Positions 9,651 to 20,355 are shown, counted from the stretch's first letter. The stretch: 64,000 bases of DNA from Paracoccaceae bacterium (GCA_024742455.1 JANSYL010000012.1:17849-81848); one strand, 5' to 3'. The notes: generated by a model not told the origin, from the sequence alone. A program made the numbers and translations.

Positions 9651-10994
9651 TCAGATATGGGGGCCCAACCGGGTCGGGCTGCCATCGCGGAAGCGATCAA
9701 AGCGAAAGCGGTGCAAGTCATGGCCGGGATCGTCGCCCACCGCAAGATCGGCAAGAATCCGGCCAAAGGCCGGTCCTATGCCGAACCCATGCCCCGACAT
9801 GCCCGTGCCCAGGATCAGGCCGGGCAGGTCCGGCACATGATCGACGATGGGCACGAGGTCGGGCATCACGTCGATCATCCCGGCCCATGCAGCCCGATCG
9901 CTGGACCGGGCCAGTTCCGGCACCACACCGCCGGCGCGCGCCTTCACCGCGGCCAGTTTGCGCCGGTCGGGGCGTGGGTCCAGGATGCGCATGCGTTCAA
10001 ACGGGGTCTCATCGCCCATGTCCCATCTGCGCGGGGTGCGCCAGGCGTCGGGGAACCCGTTCGGCGCGCCAAGGCGCAGCCGCACCTCGCGCCCCGCCCA
10101 GAATGCCGTGCGGATATAGTTCTTCAGGTTGCGGAAGGCATCGGGCCCCAGAAACAGTTCGGAATAGCCCGAGGGCGCCACGCTATAGCCGCCATCGGCC
10201 CGGGGCCTGATCGCAAACCCGGTATCGGCCACGGCAGTGCCAACGCCCTGCTGCACCGGGCCGGTGGCAAAGATGCTGGAACGCACCGACAATTGCGGGA
10301 TCGCCACGCGGTGGCGGCGCAAAAACAGCGATGACCATGCGCCGCCCGCCAGCACGACTTTCGGCGCGGCGACCCGGCCCGCTTCGGTCACCACGCCCGA
10401 CACGGTGCCAGCCGTCATCTCCAGACCCCGAACGGCGGTGTCTTCGCGAATGATGACCCCTTCACCTGCCGCAAGCCGCCCCAGTTCCGGCACCGCCACC
10501 CACGGCTCGCCCACCATGTCGGTCGGTGTGTGGAGCGCCCCGCGCCAGGCCGGATCGCTGGTGCCCATCAGCGCGATCAGGGCCTCACGGTCCAGTATCC
10601 TGCTGCTGACACCATAGGGTCGGGCGATCTCCAGCCAGGCCTCGTAGCCGTCCAGCGCGGCCTGACTGCGCGCGATATAGGTCACGCCCACCTGGTTCAG
10701 GCCGAGCGTTCCGCCGCAATCGGCATCGAACGCCGCCCACCGGTCCTGCGCCTCGAGAGCGATGGGGATTTCGGCTTCATCCCGGCCCTGCACCCGGATC
10801 CAGCCCCAGTTGCGGCTGGATTGTTCGGCCCCGAGCCGCCCCTTTTCCAGCAGGACCACCCTCAGCCCCTTGCGCGCCGCGAAAATCGCCGTGCCCAGCC
10901 CGATGATGCCGCCCCCGATCACGGCAAGGTCCACGGCATCCGGCAGGGGCGCGGTATGTTCGGGCGTCTGGGGAACGCGAAACGGGTAAGTCAT
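9651..10994 (-). CDS. FAD-dependent oxidoreductase (DAO family)
   Basis: Has the N-terminal dinucleotide-binding motif DLAVIGGGIIGLGTA. The length and C-terminal GxGHGF-type motif (GTGMSGHGFGIGP) fit the family. The start was moved to the ATG at 10994. Confidence 0.8.
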   Translation of the reverse strand: MTYPFRVPQTPEHTAPLPDAVDLAVIGGGIIGLGTAIFAARKGLRVVLLEKGRLGAEQSSRNWGWIRVQGRDEAEIPIALEAQDRWAAFDADCGGTLGLNQVGVTYIARSQAALDGYEAWLEIARPYGVSSRILDREALIALMGTSDPAWRGALHTPTDMVGEPWVAVPELGRLAAGEGVIIREDTAVRGLEMTAGTVSGVVTEAGRVAAPKVVLAGGAWSSLFLRRHRVAIPQLSVRSSIFATGPVQQGVGTAVADTGFAIRPRADGGYSVAPSGYSELFLGPDAFRNLKNYIRTAFWAGREVRLRLGAPNGFPDAWRTPRRWDMGDETPFERMRILDPRPDRRKLAAVKARAGGVVPELARSSDRAAWAGMIDVMPDLVPIVDHVPDLPGLILGTGMSGHGFGIGPAFGRILADLAVGDDPGHDLHRFRFDRFRDGSPTRLGPHI

Positions 10995-11175
10995 GCCAGC
11001 CACGCTGAGGGCAATGGCATCATGGAGCAAGGCATGGCTGGACCGGCGGGAGGGCACGCATCCACGAAGGCTAGGTCGGCCTGCGTGCCCCTGTCAAACG
11101 CCCGCTGCCTTGAGATGCGACGGGGGCGGTTATCGCGCGAAAACCGAACCGAAAATCGCGCGATTTTCGGCGTGT

Positions 11176-11799
11176 TCAAGGGCGCAGTGCGCGCCCGAAC
11201 AAACGCGCCAGGTGCCTGCGGCCAGCGGCGCGCACCGCCGGTTCCCCGCCCGATTTCTCGACCGCGAACACCGCCATGAGGATCAGGGCTGCGGTCGTGT
11301 CCGGTTGCGGGCCAACGGCCTGTTTCGACAGCCGGCCCGCTGCCGCCCCGTCCCTGAGCCAGGCCGCATAGGCTCCGGCAAGCGCAGACTCGCCTGCCGC
11401 GACCACATCCTGCGCCGCGCCCTGTTTGGCCGACATCATCTCCTCGGCATGGGGGCTGGCCATCACCGCCTCGGCGATATCGGCCATCTGTGCCTCGAAC
11501 GCGGCGGCCAGCGCCGTCTCGGGGTCACCCGCACTTGCCAGCACCTCGGTCACGACACCGGCGGCGGCGGCGAAATACCGGGCCATGAGCGCGCGGAAGA
11601 TATCATCCTTGTTGCGGTAAATGAGGTAAAGCGCAGCCCGGCTCATGCCCGCGCGGTCCGCGATATCCTGCATCGAGGTGCGGCGGACACCGAATTGCAG
11701 GAAGGTGTCGAACGCCGCCCAGAGGACGACGCGCGCCTTGGGGTCAGGCTCCAGCGCATCCAGATGGGCACGCAAGCGGGACGGTGCGGCGGCGGTCAT
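11176..11799 (-). CDS. TetR/AcrR family transcriptional regulator
   Basis: Has the N-terminal HTH segment FGVRRTSMQDIADRAGMSRAALYLIYRNKDDIF, typical of TetR regulators. Confidence 0.85.
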   Translation of the reverse strand: MTAAAPSRLRAHLDALEPDPKARVVLWAAFDTFLQFGVRRTSMQDIADRAGMSRAALYLIYRNKDDIFRALMARYFAAAAGVVTEVLASAGDPETALAAAFEAQMADIAEAVMASPHAEEMMSAKQGAAQDVVAAGESALAGAYAAWLRDGAAAGRLSKQAVGPQPDTTAALILMAVFAVEKSGGEPAVRAAGRRHLARLFGRALRP

Positions 11800-11892
11800 G
11801 CCGACATCTGACGCGCACTGTCGAAAATGTCAATTTCCCGGAGCAGGCGGCGTGTCAGGTATTTGGAAAGCAAAGAGGGCGCATGGGTCGGG

Positions 11893-13455
11893 TCAGAACA
11901 GGCTGCCCTGGTCTTTGGACGGATGCCGTTTCGCGCGCGGTTTGGGGGCCGGGGCACCGGTGTCGGGGGTGACGGTCAGCCGGCCATCGGCGAATTCGAT
12001 CTCCAGCGTGGCCGCCTTTGCCGCCTGGCCCTGGCCGGTGACGATCTTCTTGCCCGCCCGCACCACCGCATACCCCCGGCGCAGCGTCTCGGTATAGCCG
12101 AGGCTCTGATGCAGCCGCGCCAGCGCGTCCAGCCGGGCGCGGTGGCGGGCGGTGGTGGCCCGGGCGGCGCGGTCGAACTGGCGGCCGAGATCATCGAAAC
12201 GGGCGCGCGCCTGTGCGGTGCGCGCGGCAATGCGTGCGGGGTCGAGACGCTGGTCGAGACGGTCGAGATCGCGCTGGCCCTGCCGCGTGAGCCCCGTCAG
12301 CCGGGCGGGCGTCAGCCGGGCGGCCTGGTGACCGAAGGACAGGCGATGACGGGCCACGGCCCGGTCGAGCGCGGGGGTCAGGGCAGCCCCTGCCCGGTCG
12401 GCGCGCGCGCGCGCGGTCTGGGCCCGGGCGCGCAGGGCGGGGGCCAGGGTCAGCGCGGCAAGGTCCAGCCGCTGGCGCGCGCTTTCGAGCAACGCCTCGG
12501 GCCGGGGCAAGGCGCGGGCCAGGTCGCGCAGACGCTGGCCGCGCGTGGTCAGGGCTTGCGCCATGGTGCGGGTCAGCACCGCCTCCTGCCCCGCGAGCCA
12601 GTTCATGAGGTCGACGCGCACCGGCACCGCCTTTTCCGCCGCCGCAGTGGGGGTGGGCGCGCGCCAGTCGGCGGCGAAGTCGATCAGCGTGGTGTCGGTC
12701 TCATGGCCGACGGCCGAGATCAGGGGGATGTCGCTTGCGGCAGCGGCGCGCACGACGCTTTCCTCGTTGAACCCCCAGAGATCCTCAAGACTGCCGCCGC
12801 CGCGCGCCACGATCAGAAGATCGGGCCGGGGCAGCGCGCCGCCGGAGCTCAGCGCGTTGAACCCCTTGATGGCGCGGGTCACCTCGGGCGCACAGCGTTC
12901 GCCCTGCACGGCAACGGGCCAGATGAGCACCTTGCGCGGGAACCGGTCGCGCAGCCGGTGCAGGATATCGCGGATCACCGCGCCCGAGGGCGAGGTGACG
13001 ACGCCGATGATCTCGGGCAGGTAGGGCAGCGGCTGCTTGCGGCCCTCATCGAAAAGCCCTTCGGCAGCCAGCGCCGCACGGCGCTTTTCCAGCATCGCCA
13101 TCAGCGCGCCCATGCCCGCCGGACGCAGATCGTCGATGACCAGCTGGTATTTCGACTGCCCGGCAAAAGTCGTCAGGCGGCCCGTGGCGATCACCTCCAT
13201 CCCTTCCTCGGGCGGATGGGCCAGCCGACCGGCCACGCCCTTCCAGATAACCGAAGCCAGAACGCTGCGATCATCCTTGAGGTCGAGATAGACATGACCC
13301 GACCGGGGGCGGCTGAGCCGACCGACCTCCCCCCGCACGCGGACATGGGAAAACGCGCCCTCGACCGTGCGTTTGACCGCGCCCGAGATTTCGCTGACCG
13401 TGAATTCCGGGGCGTTGCCGGGCGCGTCGCCGGTATCCTCTATCAGGTCATCCAT
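11893..13455 (-). CDS. xseA: Exodeoxyribonuclease VII large subunit
   Basis: Shows the OB-fold N-terminus (VRGEV...SGHVYLDLKD), the catalytic core (IIGVVTSPSGAVIRD, VARGGGSLEDLW, PLISAVGHETD) and a long coiled-coil C-terminus. Confidence 0.93.
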   Translation of the reverse strand: MDDLIEDTGDAPGNAPEFTVSEISGAVKRTVEGAFSHVRVRGEVGRLSRPRSGHVYLDLKDDRSVLASVIWKGVAGRLAHPPEEGMEVIATGRLTTFAGQSKYQLVIDDLRPAGMGALMAMLEKRRAALAAEGLFDEGRKQPLPYLPEIIGVVTSPSGAVIRDILHRLRDRFPRKVLIWPVAVQGERCAPEVTRAIKGFNALSSGGALPRPDLLIVARGGGSLEDLWGFNEESVVRAAAASDIPLISAVGHETDTTLIDFAADWRAPTPTAAAEKAVPVRVDLMNWLAGQEAVLTRTMAQALTTRGQRLRDLARALPRPEALLESARQRLDLAALTLAPALRARAQTARARADRAGAALTPALDRAVARHRLSFGHQAARLTPARLTGLTRQGQRDLDRLDQRLDPARIAARTAQARARFDDLGRQFDRAARATTARHRARLDALARLHQSLGYTETLRRGYAVVRAGKKIVTGQGQAAKAATLEIEFADGRLTVTPDTGAPAPKPRAKRHPSKDQGSLF

Positions 13456-13458
13456 CGG

Positions 13459-14223
13459 TCAGGACCGGTCGGCCTCGATGCGGGCGAACCCACCGGTCTC
13501 GATGAAGCGGTCGAACTCCAGCCGCTCGGGCTCGGCAAAGGCCAGCACGCTGGCGGCATCCGCCTCGCCGCCTTCGGGCTTGCCCATGAAGATCGCGAAG
13601 AGGAGCGAGGCCGCCCCCATCGCCGCCATGAAGACCAGCGCCTCGGTGCTGACGCCCGCATCCGGGCCGCGCCCGTCCACATACCACAGATAGGCCCCGC
13701 CGCCCCACAGAAAGACCGTCATGCCGATGCCGGTACGCCGGCCCGAGCTCATCCGCGCGGGCTGGTTCAGCTTGTGGGCTGCCCAGAGATGCACTTCGGC
13801 GGGGTCCGCCCTGTGCCAGACCTCGGGATCGGGATCGGCGCCAAAGGTTGCGGCATAGCGGGTCCGCGTCGCGTCATAGGCTTGGGCCAGCGTGATATCG
13901 GCCAGCCGCGTCGCCTCGAGCGCGTCGGTGGCAATGGGGGCCGGGCGCAGGATCTGCGGCGCGGCGCGGTCGAGGACGGGCTGCGCCTCAGCAGTGATCT
14001 TGCCCATGACATCGAGGCAGAAGCCAACCGGCTGCGGCACGGAGATGGGCGTGTCACCCGTCAGCGCAAGATACAGTGCGCGGCGCGTTTCCCGCAGCAC
14101 ATCATCGGCATAGCGCCCGCCCCAACCGGCATGCTGGATCAGGGCCTGCCAGCGCGCCCCGGCGGCGGCCGTCGATGCAGGCAATGTGGTGTCAATCTCG
14201 GCCCAGATGTCCGGGTGGTCCAT
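13459..14223 (-). CDS. Hypothetical membrane protein, translationally coupled to xseA
   Basis: The ORF from MDHPDIWAEIDTTL has high GC3 and two C-terminal hydrophobic helices. Its stop lies 3 nt before the xseA ATG. The track ORF extension to 14709 overlaps purD and was rejected. Confidence 0.55.
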   Translation of the reverse strand: MDHPDIWAEIDTTLPASTAAAGARWQALIQHAGWGGRYADDVLRETRRALYLALTGDTPISVPQPVGFCLDVMGKITAEAQPVLDRAAPQILRPAPIATDALEATRLADITLAQAYDATRTRYAATFGADPDPEVWHRADPAEVHLWAAHKLNQPARMSSGRRTGIGMTVFLWGGGAYLWYVDGRGPDAGVSTEALVFMAAMGAASLLFAIFMGKPEGGEADAASVLAFAEPERLEFDRFIETGGFARIEADRS

Positions 14224-14338
14224 AACGCGCTCCTTGGTCGGTGCGGGTCCTTGTGCGGCCATTCGGCCCGGCTGTCCATGTTGTCCTGCGGAGCAGGCGC
14301 CGCTATGCCGCGACAGCCTAGCAACGGAAGGGGCAGCC

Positions 14339-15601
14339 GTGAACATCCTGATCCTCGGTGCTGGAGGCCGCGAACATGCGCTGGCCTGGGCGGTGTTGCA
14401 GAACCCCAAATGCGACCGGCTGGTCGTTGCGCCGGGCAATGCCGGGATCGACCGGATCGCGGAATGCGCCGATCTGGATATCCTCGATGGCGACGCGGTG
14501 GTCTCTTTCGCCGACGCCGAATCCATAGATTTCGTGATCGTGGGACCCGAGGCACCGCTGGCCGCGGGGGTGGTCGACCGGCTGGAGACGGCGGGGATTT
14601 CCACCTTCGGCCCCACCGCGGCGGCGGCACAACTGGAAGCCTCGAAAGCCTTTACCAAAGAGGTCTGCGATGCAGCGGGCGCGCCCACCGCCGCCTGGGC
14701 CCGGTTCACCCAGGCCGCACCCGCCAGGGACTACATCCGCGCCCGGGGCGCGCCTATCGTCGTCAAGGCCGACGGGCTGGCCGCAGGCAAGGGCGTGATC
14801 GTGGCGACAGACGAGGATCAGGCGCTCGCCGCCATCGACGACATGTTCGGCGGCGAATTCGGCGATGCCGGAACCGAAGTGGTGATCGAGGAATTCATGG
14901 AGGGGGAAGAGGCGTCGTTTTTCGTGCTCTGCGATGGCGAGGTGGCCCTGCCCATCGGCACCGCGCAGGACCACAAGCGCGTGGGCGAAGGCGATACCGG
15001 CCCCAATACCGGCGGCATGGGGGCCTATTCGCCCGCCCCGGTGCTGGAAGGGGACGTGGCGGACCGCGCGCTGCGCGAGATCGTGGAACCCACACTGGCC
15101 GAAATGGCCCGGCGCGGCACGCCCTATCGCGGGGTGCTTTATGCCGGCCTGATGATCAGGGACGGCGCGCCCCGGCTGGTCGAATACAATGTCCGCTTCG
15201 GCGATCCGGAGGCACAGGTGCTGATGATGCGGCTTGGCGGGCAGGCACTGGACCTGATGCTGGCCGCCGCCGAGGGGCGGCTGAAGGACATGCGGGTCAA
15301 CTGGGCCGATGATCACGCGATGACGGTGGTGATGGCCGCCAGGGGATACCCCGGGGCCCATGACAAGGGGTCGGTCATCGGCGGGCTCGACACCGTGGCG
15401 GAAGACAGCGCGCATATGGTGTTTCACGCGAGCACCACGGAACGCGACGGGCAGATCGTGGCCAATGGCGGGCGGGTCCTGAACGTGACCGCGCGCGGGG
15501 CGAGCCTGGCCGAGGCGCGGGATCGCGCCTATGCCATGGTGGACGCCATCGACTGGCCGGAAGGGTTCTGTCGCCGCGATATTGGCTGGCGCGCGCTATA
15601 G
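14339..15601 (+). CDS. purD: Phosphoribosylamine--glycine ligase
   Basis: VNILILGAGGREHALAW is the canonical PurD N-terminus, here with a GTG start preceded by GGAAGGGG. ATP-grasp motifs run throughout. Confidence 0.95.
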   Translation: MNILILGAGGREHALAWAVLQNPKCDRLVVAPGNAGIDRIAECADLDILDGDAVVSFADAESIDFVIVGPEAPLAAGVVDRLETAGISTFGPTAAAAQLEASKAFTKEVCDAAGAPTAAWARFTQAAPARDYIRARGAPIVVKADGLAAGKGVIVATDEDQALAAIDDMFGGEFGDAGTEVVIEEFMEGEEASFFVLCDGEVALPIGTAQDHKRVGEGDTGPNTGGMGAYSPAPVLEGDVADRALREIVEPTLAEMARRGTPYRGVLYAGLMIRDGAPRLVEYNVRFGDPEAQVLMMRLGGQALDLMLAAAEGRLKDMRVNWADDHAMTVVMAARGYPGAHDKGSVIGGLDTVAEDSAHMVFHASTTERDGQIVANGGRVLNVTARGASLAEARDRAYAMVDAIDWPEGFCRRDIGWRAL

Positions 15602-15753
15602 GCATGTGCCCGGGGGCAGTTTCCTCAAACAAGCCCTGCGAAAATCCGCAGATATCCTGCACCTAGGTCCATGCGCACCCGCGCGTCGCTGGACAGGTCG
15701 CGCAGAGGTTGTAGGGTGCAGCCAAGCCGTGACCGCTTGAACAAGGACAGCCG

Positions 15754-17730
15754 ATGGACGGCGTTCTGCTGCAATCCCTGATCTACCTCGGCGCGATGGT
15801 GATCGCGGTGCCGCTGTCGGTGCGCTTCGGGCTCGGCTCGGTGCTGGGTTACCTGATCGCGGGCATCGCCATCGGCCCGGTTCTGGGCCTTGTCGGGTCG
15901 GAGACGGAAGACCTGCAGCATTACGCCGAATTCGGCGTGGTCCTGATGCTGTTCCTGATCGGGCTGGAGCTTGACCCCAAGGGCCTGTGGGAAATGCGGC
16001 GCAAGCTGTTGGGACTGGGTGGATTACAGGTCGTGATCACGACGCTTGCCATTGCGGCGGCGGCGTTTTCCCTTGGGCTTGATGCGCAGATGGCGCTGGC
16101 GGTCGGGCTGACCCTGTCGCTGTCCTCCACCGCCATCGTGCTGAAGACGCTGAACGAAAAGGACCTGATGCAGACAGGTGGCGGGCGGTCGGCGTTTTCG
16201 GTCCTGCTGACGCAGGATATCGCGGTGATCCCGTTCCTCGCCTTCCTGCCCCTTCTGGCCAGCGAGGCCGGGATGATCCGCTTTGCCGAGGACGGGTCAA
16301 TCGAGCGCGGCGTGGCGGCGGATGACCACCACGCAATCTCCCTGGTCGAAGGTTTGCCCGCCTGGGGGGTGACGCTGGTCACGCTGGGCGCGGTCGTCGC
16401 CGTGATCCTTGCCGGGCGCTACCTGTCGGCCCACCTGTTCCGCTTCATCCACATGTCGCGCCTGCGCGAGATGTATACCGCCGTGGCGCTGGCCATCGTT
16501 GTGGGCATCGCCGTCCTGATGATCCTCGTGGGCCTCAGCCCCGCGCTGGGCGCCTTCGTCGCGGGCGTGGTTCTGGCCAATTCCGAGTTCCGCCACGAGC
16601 TTGAGGCCAATATCGAACCCTTCAAGGGCCTGCTTCTGGGCCTGTTCTTCATCACCGTGGGCGCGGGAATCAATTTCGCGGTGCTGATCGGCAACCCGTT
16701 CCTGATCGTGGGGCTGACGGCAGGGCTGATGGTGCTGAAAGGGCTGATCCTTTACGCCATTGCGTTTGCCTTCCGGGTGCGCGGGGCGGACCGGTGGCTG
16801 TTCACCCTCGGGCTGGCGCAGGCCGGCGAATTCGGCTTTGTGCTGATCGCCTTCGGTGTCCAGCAGGCGGTGTTCCCCGGCCGGGTGGCCGAGATCATGC
16901 TGCTGGTTATCGCGCTCAGCATGCTGCTGACGCCGCTGGCCTTCATCGCCTATGAACGGCTGCGCGATCACCTGGGCGGACCCGACGAGACCGCCGAGCC
17001 TGACGCCATAGATCATGCCGCCCCGGTGATCATCGCGGGCATCGGGCGGTTCGGCCAGGTCGTCAACCGGATGGTCAAGGCCTCGGGCTTCGACACGGTC
17101 GTGCTGGACAGTGACCTGAAGACGATCCAGCTGATGCGCCGCTTCGGGTTCAAGGGCTATTTCGGTGACCCGACCCGGCCCGAGCTGTTGCAGGCGGCGG
17201 GGCTTGAGATGGCGAAGGTTCTGGTGGTCGCCGTCGATGACCGCAACGCGGCCGTGCAACTGGTGCGCTATGCTCGAAAGGTGCGTCCGGACCTGTCTAT
17301 CACCGCACGCGCCCATGACCGGCTGCATGTCTACGAGCTGTACGAGGCGGGGGCCGATCATATCGTGCGCGAGATGTTTGACAGTTCGCTGCGTGCGGCC
17401 CGCTACGTGCTCGAGGATATGGGCCTCAGCGATTACGAGGCGCATGAGCTCGAAATCGCCTTCTACCGCCACGACCGCGAGAACCTTCGCGCCCTGGCCG
17501 AGCTGTGGAAACCCGGCGTGCCGATATCCGAGAACCATGAATATGTCGAGAAATCGCGCGAGCTGAACACCAGCCTGGAAACCGCGCTGGTCTCGATCCT
17601 GGACGAGGCCGCGGAAAGCGGCGCCGATCCAGGCGCGCCCACCGCCCGGGCGCGCGGCGATGCCGGGGCGCTCAAGGGCACGATGCGCAGCCGCAACGCG
17701 CCCCGCAGACCGGGCGGCAGCGGGGGCTAG
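15754..17730 (+). CDS. Monovalent cation:proton antiporter-2 (CPA2) family, KefB/KefC-type K+ efflux protein with C-terminal RCK/TrkA-N domain
   Basis: About 12 TM helices are followed by the Rossmann-type motif VIIAGIGRFGQVV. Confidence 0.88.
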   Translation: MDGVLLQSLIYLGAMVIAVPLSVRFGLGSVLGYLIAGIAIGPVLGLVGSETEDLQHYAEFGVVLMLFLIGLELDPKGLWEMRRKLLGLGGLQVVITTLAIAAAAFSLGLDAQMALAVGLTLSLSSTAIVLKTLNEKDLMQTGGGRSAFSVLLTQDIAVIPFLAFLPLLASEAGMIRFAEDGSIERGVAADDHHAISLVEGLPAWGVTLVTLGAVVAVILAGRYLSAHLFRFIHMSRLREMYTAVALAIVVGIAVLMILVGLSPALGAFVAGVVLANSEFRHELEANIEPFKGLLLGLFFITVGAGINFAVLIGNPFLIVGLTAGLMVLKGLILYAIAFAFRVRGADRWLFTLGLAQAGEFGFVLIAFGVQQAVFPGRVAEIMLLVIALSMLLTPLAFIAYERLRDHLGGPDETAEPDAIDHAAPVIIAGIGRFGQVVNRMVKASGFDTVVLDSDLKTIQLMRRFGFKGYFGDPTRPELLQAAGLEMAKVLVVAVDDRNAAVQLVRYARKVRPDLSITARAHDRLHVYELYEAGADHIVREMFDSSLRAARYVLEDMGLSDYEAHELEIAFYRHDRENLRALAELWKPGVPISENHEYVEKSRELNTSLETALVSILDEAAESGADPGAPTARARGDAGALKGTMRSRNAPRRPGGSGG

Positions 17731-17753
17731 GCCACGCCGCGCCCGTCCCGCGA

Positions 17754-18776
17754 TCAGCCGCCCTCGGCCACCCCTGCCTCGGCAAAGGTCGCCATGCCGG
17801 AATGGCAGGCCAGCGCCGCCTTGAGCACCTGGATTGCAACCGCCGCACCGCTGCCTTCGCCAAGCCGCATCCCGAGGGACAGGAGCGGCACCTTGCCAAG
17901 CCGGTCAAGCAGCGCGCCATGCGCCTGCTCCTCGCTCAGGTGCCCGGCCACCGCGTGATCCAGCGCGCCGGGCACCGCCCGTTCCAGACAGGCCGCCGAA
18001 GCGGTGCAGATGAACCCGTCAAGAATGACCGGGATCCGGTGCAGCCGCGCCGCCGCGATGGCGCCCGCCATTGCCGCCAGTTCCCGCCCGCCAAGGCAGC
18101 GCAACGCCATCAGCGGGTCGTCCAGAGCCCCCGGATTGGCGGCCAGCCCCGCCGTCACCGCGTCCGTTTTCGCCGCCAGCCCCGCATCGGTGACGCCGGT
18201 GCCGCGCCCGACCCAATCCGCCGCACCGCCGCCGAACAGCGCGCAGGCCAGGGCGGCGGCGGCGGTGGTGTTGCCAATCCCCATCTCGCCGGCAATCAGC
18301 AGGTCGGCGGCAGGGTCGACCGCCGCCCACCCCGCCGACAGGGCCGCCATCACCTCGGCCTCGGACATTGCGGGGCCTTGGGTGAAATCGGCGGTGGGCC
18401 GGTCAAGGTCGAGCGGGATCACCGACAATTGCGCACCCGCCACGTCGCAGAGCTGGTTGATGGCGGCGCCCCCGGCCGCGAAATTGGCGACCATCTGGGC
18501 CGTCACCTCGGCCGGAAAGGCGCTGACACCCTGGGCCACGACGCCATGGTTTCCCGCGAAAACCAGCGCCTGCACCGCATCGATGCGCGCGCGCGGATCG
18601 CCGCGCCAGCCGCAATACCAGATTGCCAGGTCCTCCAGCCGCCCAAGCGCGCCGGGCGGTTTGGTCAGCTGCCCGTTGCGGGCCGTCGCGCCGGCTGTCG
18701 CGGATGCGTCAGGGCCTCTCGCGGCGGCAAGCCGGGCACGAAGATCATCGAGCGAGGCGGGTGTATCGAGTTGCAT
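17754..18776 (-). CDS. cobT: Nicotinate-nucleotide--dimethylbenzimidazole phosphoribosyltransferase
   Basis: [24 protein letters not shown] and LGEGSGAA are CobT signatures. The start was set at MQLDTPASL (18776), giving 340 aa. The track extension to 19193 overlaps cobS. Confidence 0.92.
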   Translation of the reverse strand: MQLDTPASLDDLRARLAAARGPDASATAGATARNGQLTKPPGALGRLEDLAIWYCGWRGDPRARIDAVQALVFAGNHGVVAQGVSAFPAEVTAQMVANFAAGGAAINQLCDVAGAQLSVIPLDLDRPTADFTQGPAMSEAEVMAALSAGWAAVDPAADLLIAGEMGIGNTTAAAALACALFGGGAADWVGRGTGVTDAGLAAKTDAVTAGLAANPGALDDPLMALRCLGGRELAAMAGAIAAARLHRIPVILDGFICTASAACLERAVPGALDHAVAGHLSEEQAHGALLDRLGKVPLLSLGMRLGEGSGAAVAIQVLKAALACHSGMATFAEAGVAEGG

Positions 18777-18867
18777 CGGTGGTCTTTCGGTTGCCAGGGC
18801 GTGTCGGCCCGGTTTAGCTGCCTGCGCCGCGCCTGACCTGCGGCAGAAAGGCCCAGACCAGGCACCC

Positions 18868-19635
18868 ATGGCCGACCCAGACGCCCCCTTGTTCCACCCC
18901 CGCGACATCGCGCGCAGCTTTGCCCTGCTGACGCGCCTGCCCGCCCCCGGTGCCGATGCCACGCGCGGGGCCGCAGCGGCATGGACCTGGCCCCTTGTGG
19001 GGCTGGGCGTGGGTGCGCTGATGGCGCTGGCAGGACAGGCGGCGTTGCTGATCGGTCTGCCGCCACTGGCTGCCGCCTTCCTGGCGCTTGGCACCGGGAT
19101 CGCGGCCACCGGTGCCCTGCATGAAGACGGGCTTGCCGATTGCGCCGACGGGTTCTGGGGCGGGGCCACGCGGGAAAAACGCCTTGAAATCATGCGTGAC
19201 AGCAGGATCGGTAGCTACGGGATGCTGGCCTTGCTGGTCACGCTGGGCCTGCAGGCCGCGCTTCTGGCCGACCTGTTTGCCGCGGGGCTTCTGTTGCCCG
19301 CGTTGCTGGTGCCCGCCGTGCTGGGCCGGGGGGCGATGGTGCTCAGCATGGCGGGGCTGGCCCATGCGCGGCCGGACGGGCTGGCGCGCCATGTCGGCAG
19401 GCCCGGCAGGGCCACGGCGCTGGTCGCCGTCGCGCTGGCCTCGGGCATCGCGGTGCTGATCGGCGGGCCTTTCGCCCCCGCTGCGATCGTGGCGGCAGCC
19501 GCAGGCATGGTGGGCGTCGGGGCGCTTGCAATACGCAAGATCGGCGGGCAGACCGGCGATGTGCTGGGCGCGGTGCAGGTCGTCAGTTCGCTGGCAGCGC
19601 TGCTGGCATTGACCGCGATGGCGGCCCAGGCATGA
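18868..19635 (+). CDS. cobS: Adenosylcobinamide-GDP ribazoletransferase (cobalamin synthase)
   Basis: Has the SFALLTRLP motif and [15 protein letters not shown] motif in a polytopic membrane protein of about 255 aa. It is divergent from cobT. Confidence 0.9.
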   Translation: MADPDAPLFHPRDIARSFALLTRLPAPGADATRGAAAAWTWPLVGLGVGALMALAGQAALLIGLPPLAAAFLALGTGIAATGALHEDGLADCADGFWGGATREKRLEIMRDSRIGSYGMLALLVTLGLQAALLADLFAAGLLLPALLVPAVLGRGAMVLSMAGLAHARPDGLARHVGRPGRATALVAVALASGIAVLIGGPFAPAAIVAAAAGMVGVGALAIRKIGGQTGDVLGAVQVVSSLAALLALTAMAAQA

Positions 19636-19664
19636 AAAAACCCGCTGCGGATATCCGCAGCGGG
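19635..19664 (-). terminator. Rho-independent terminator downstream of carD; the hairpin also abuts the cobS stop
   Basis: A perfect 10-bp GC-rich stem CCCGCTGCGG/CCGCAGCGGG (19641-19664) has an ATAT loop. On the minus strand it is followed by TTTTTT (19635-19640). Confidence 0.8.
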
Positions 19665-19701
19665 TCAAATTCGTAACGGTCTGATCGCCTGATCGGGTTG
19701 A

Positions 19702-20217
19702 TCAGGCCGCCGCGCGCGCGGTCAGAAGCTCATCAACCTGGCGCTGCGCCCCGGCCTCGTCCATGCCCTTGACGGCGGCCAGCTCACGCGTCAGCCGCTC
19801 AAGCGCCGCTTCGTAAAGCTGACGCTCGGAATAGGACTGTTCGCGCTGATCATCTGCGCGGTGCAGGTCGCGCACCACCTCGGCGATGGAAATCAGGTCG
19901 CCGGAGTTGATCTTCTGTTCGTATTCCTGGGCCCGGCGCGACCACATCGCACGCTTGACCCGGGCCTTGCCCTTCAGCGTCTGCATCGCCTTCGAAACGA
20001 TATCGGGCGAGCTGAGCGACCGCATCCCCACCTCGGTGGCCTTCGCGGTCGGCACGCGCAGGGTCATCTTGTCCTTCTCGAAGGAGATGACGAACAACTC
20101 CAGCGTCAGGCCCGCGATCTCCTGCTCCTCGATCGATACGATCTGGCCCACGCCATGGGCGGGGTAGACAACGTATTCGTTGGGGCTGAAATCACGGTTC
20201 TTTTTCGACTTCGTCAT
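19702..20217 (-). CDS. carD: CarD family transcriptional regulator
   Basis: FSPNEYVVYPAHGVGQIVSIEEQEIAG is the CarD/TRCF RNAP-interacting domain. The start was set at MTKSKKNRDF. Confidence 0.9.
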   Translation of the reverse strand: MTKSKKNRDFSPNEYVVYPAHGVGQIVSIEEQEIAGLTLELFVISFEKDKMTLRVPTAKATEVGMRSLSSPDIVSKAMQTLKGKARVKRAMWSRRAQEYEQKINSGDLISIAEVVRDLHRADDQREQSYSERQLYEAALERLTRELAAVKGMDEAGAQRQVDELLTARAAA

Positions 20218-20355
20218 AAAGCCTTCCTTCCCTTGCGCCCGGTGCGGCACGGTTCCTCAGGCCACACGGATCCAACGCAAGGGTGTTTCCCTTCCGCCGG
20301 TGGATCATTCGTCAAGCGCTGAGAAGATTGCAGGTTGGCAGACCCGCGCTTCGCA

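Noticed and set aside
11827-15312. A 1161-aa plus-strand ORF, the longest in the track.
   Set aside because: It runs antisense to xseA and the upstream hypothetical gene, then out of frame across purD. Its translation is Arg/Gly/Ala/Pro-rich low-complexity sequence with no motifs. This is typical of stop-codon-poor off-frames in GC-rich DNA, and the recognisable genes fully explain the region.
18777-18867. A possible cobalamin riboswitch between the divergent cobT and cobS genes.
   Set aside because: The spacer is only 91 bp, too short for an AdoCbl riboswitch aptamer of around 200 nt. I see no B12-box-like core.
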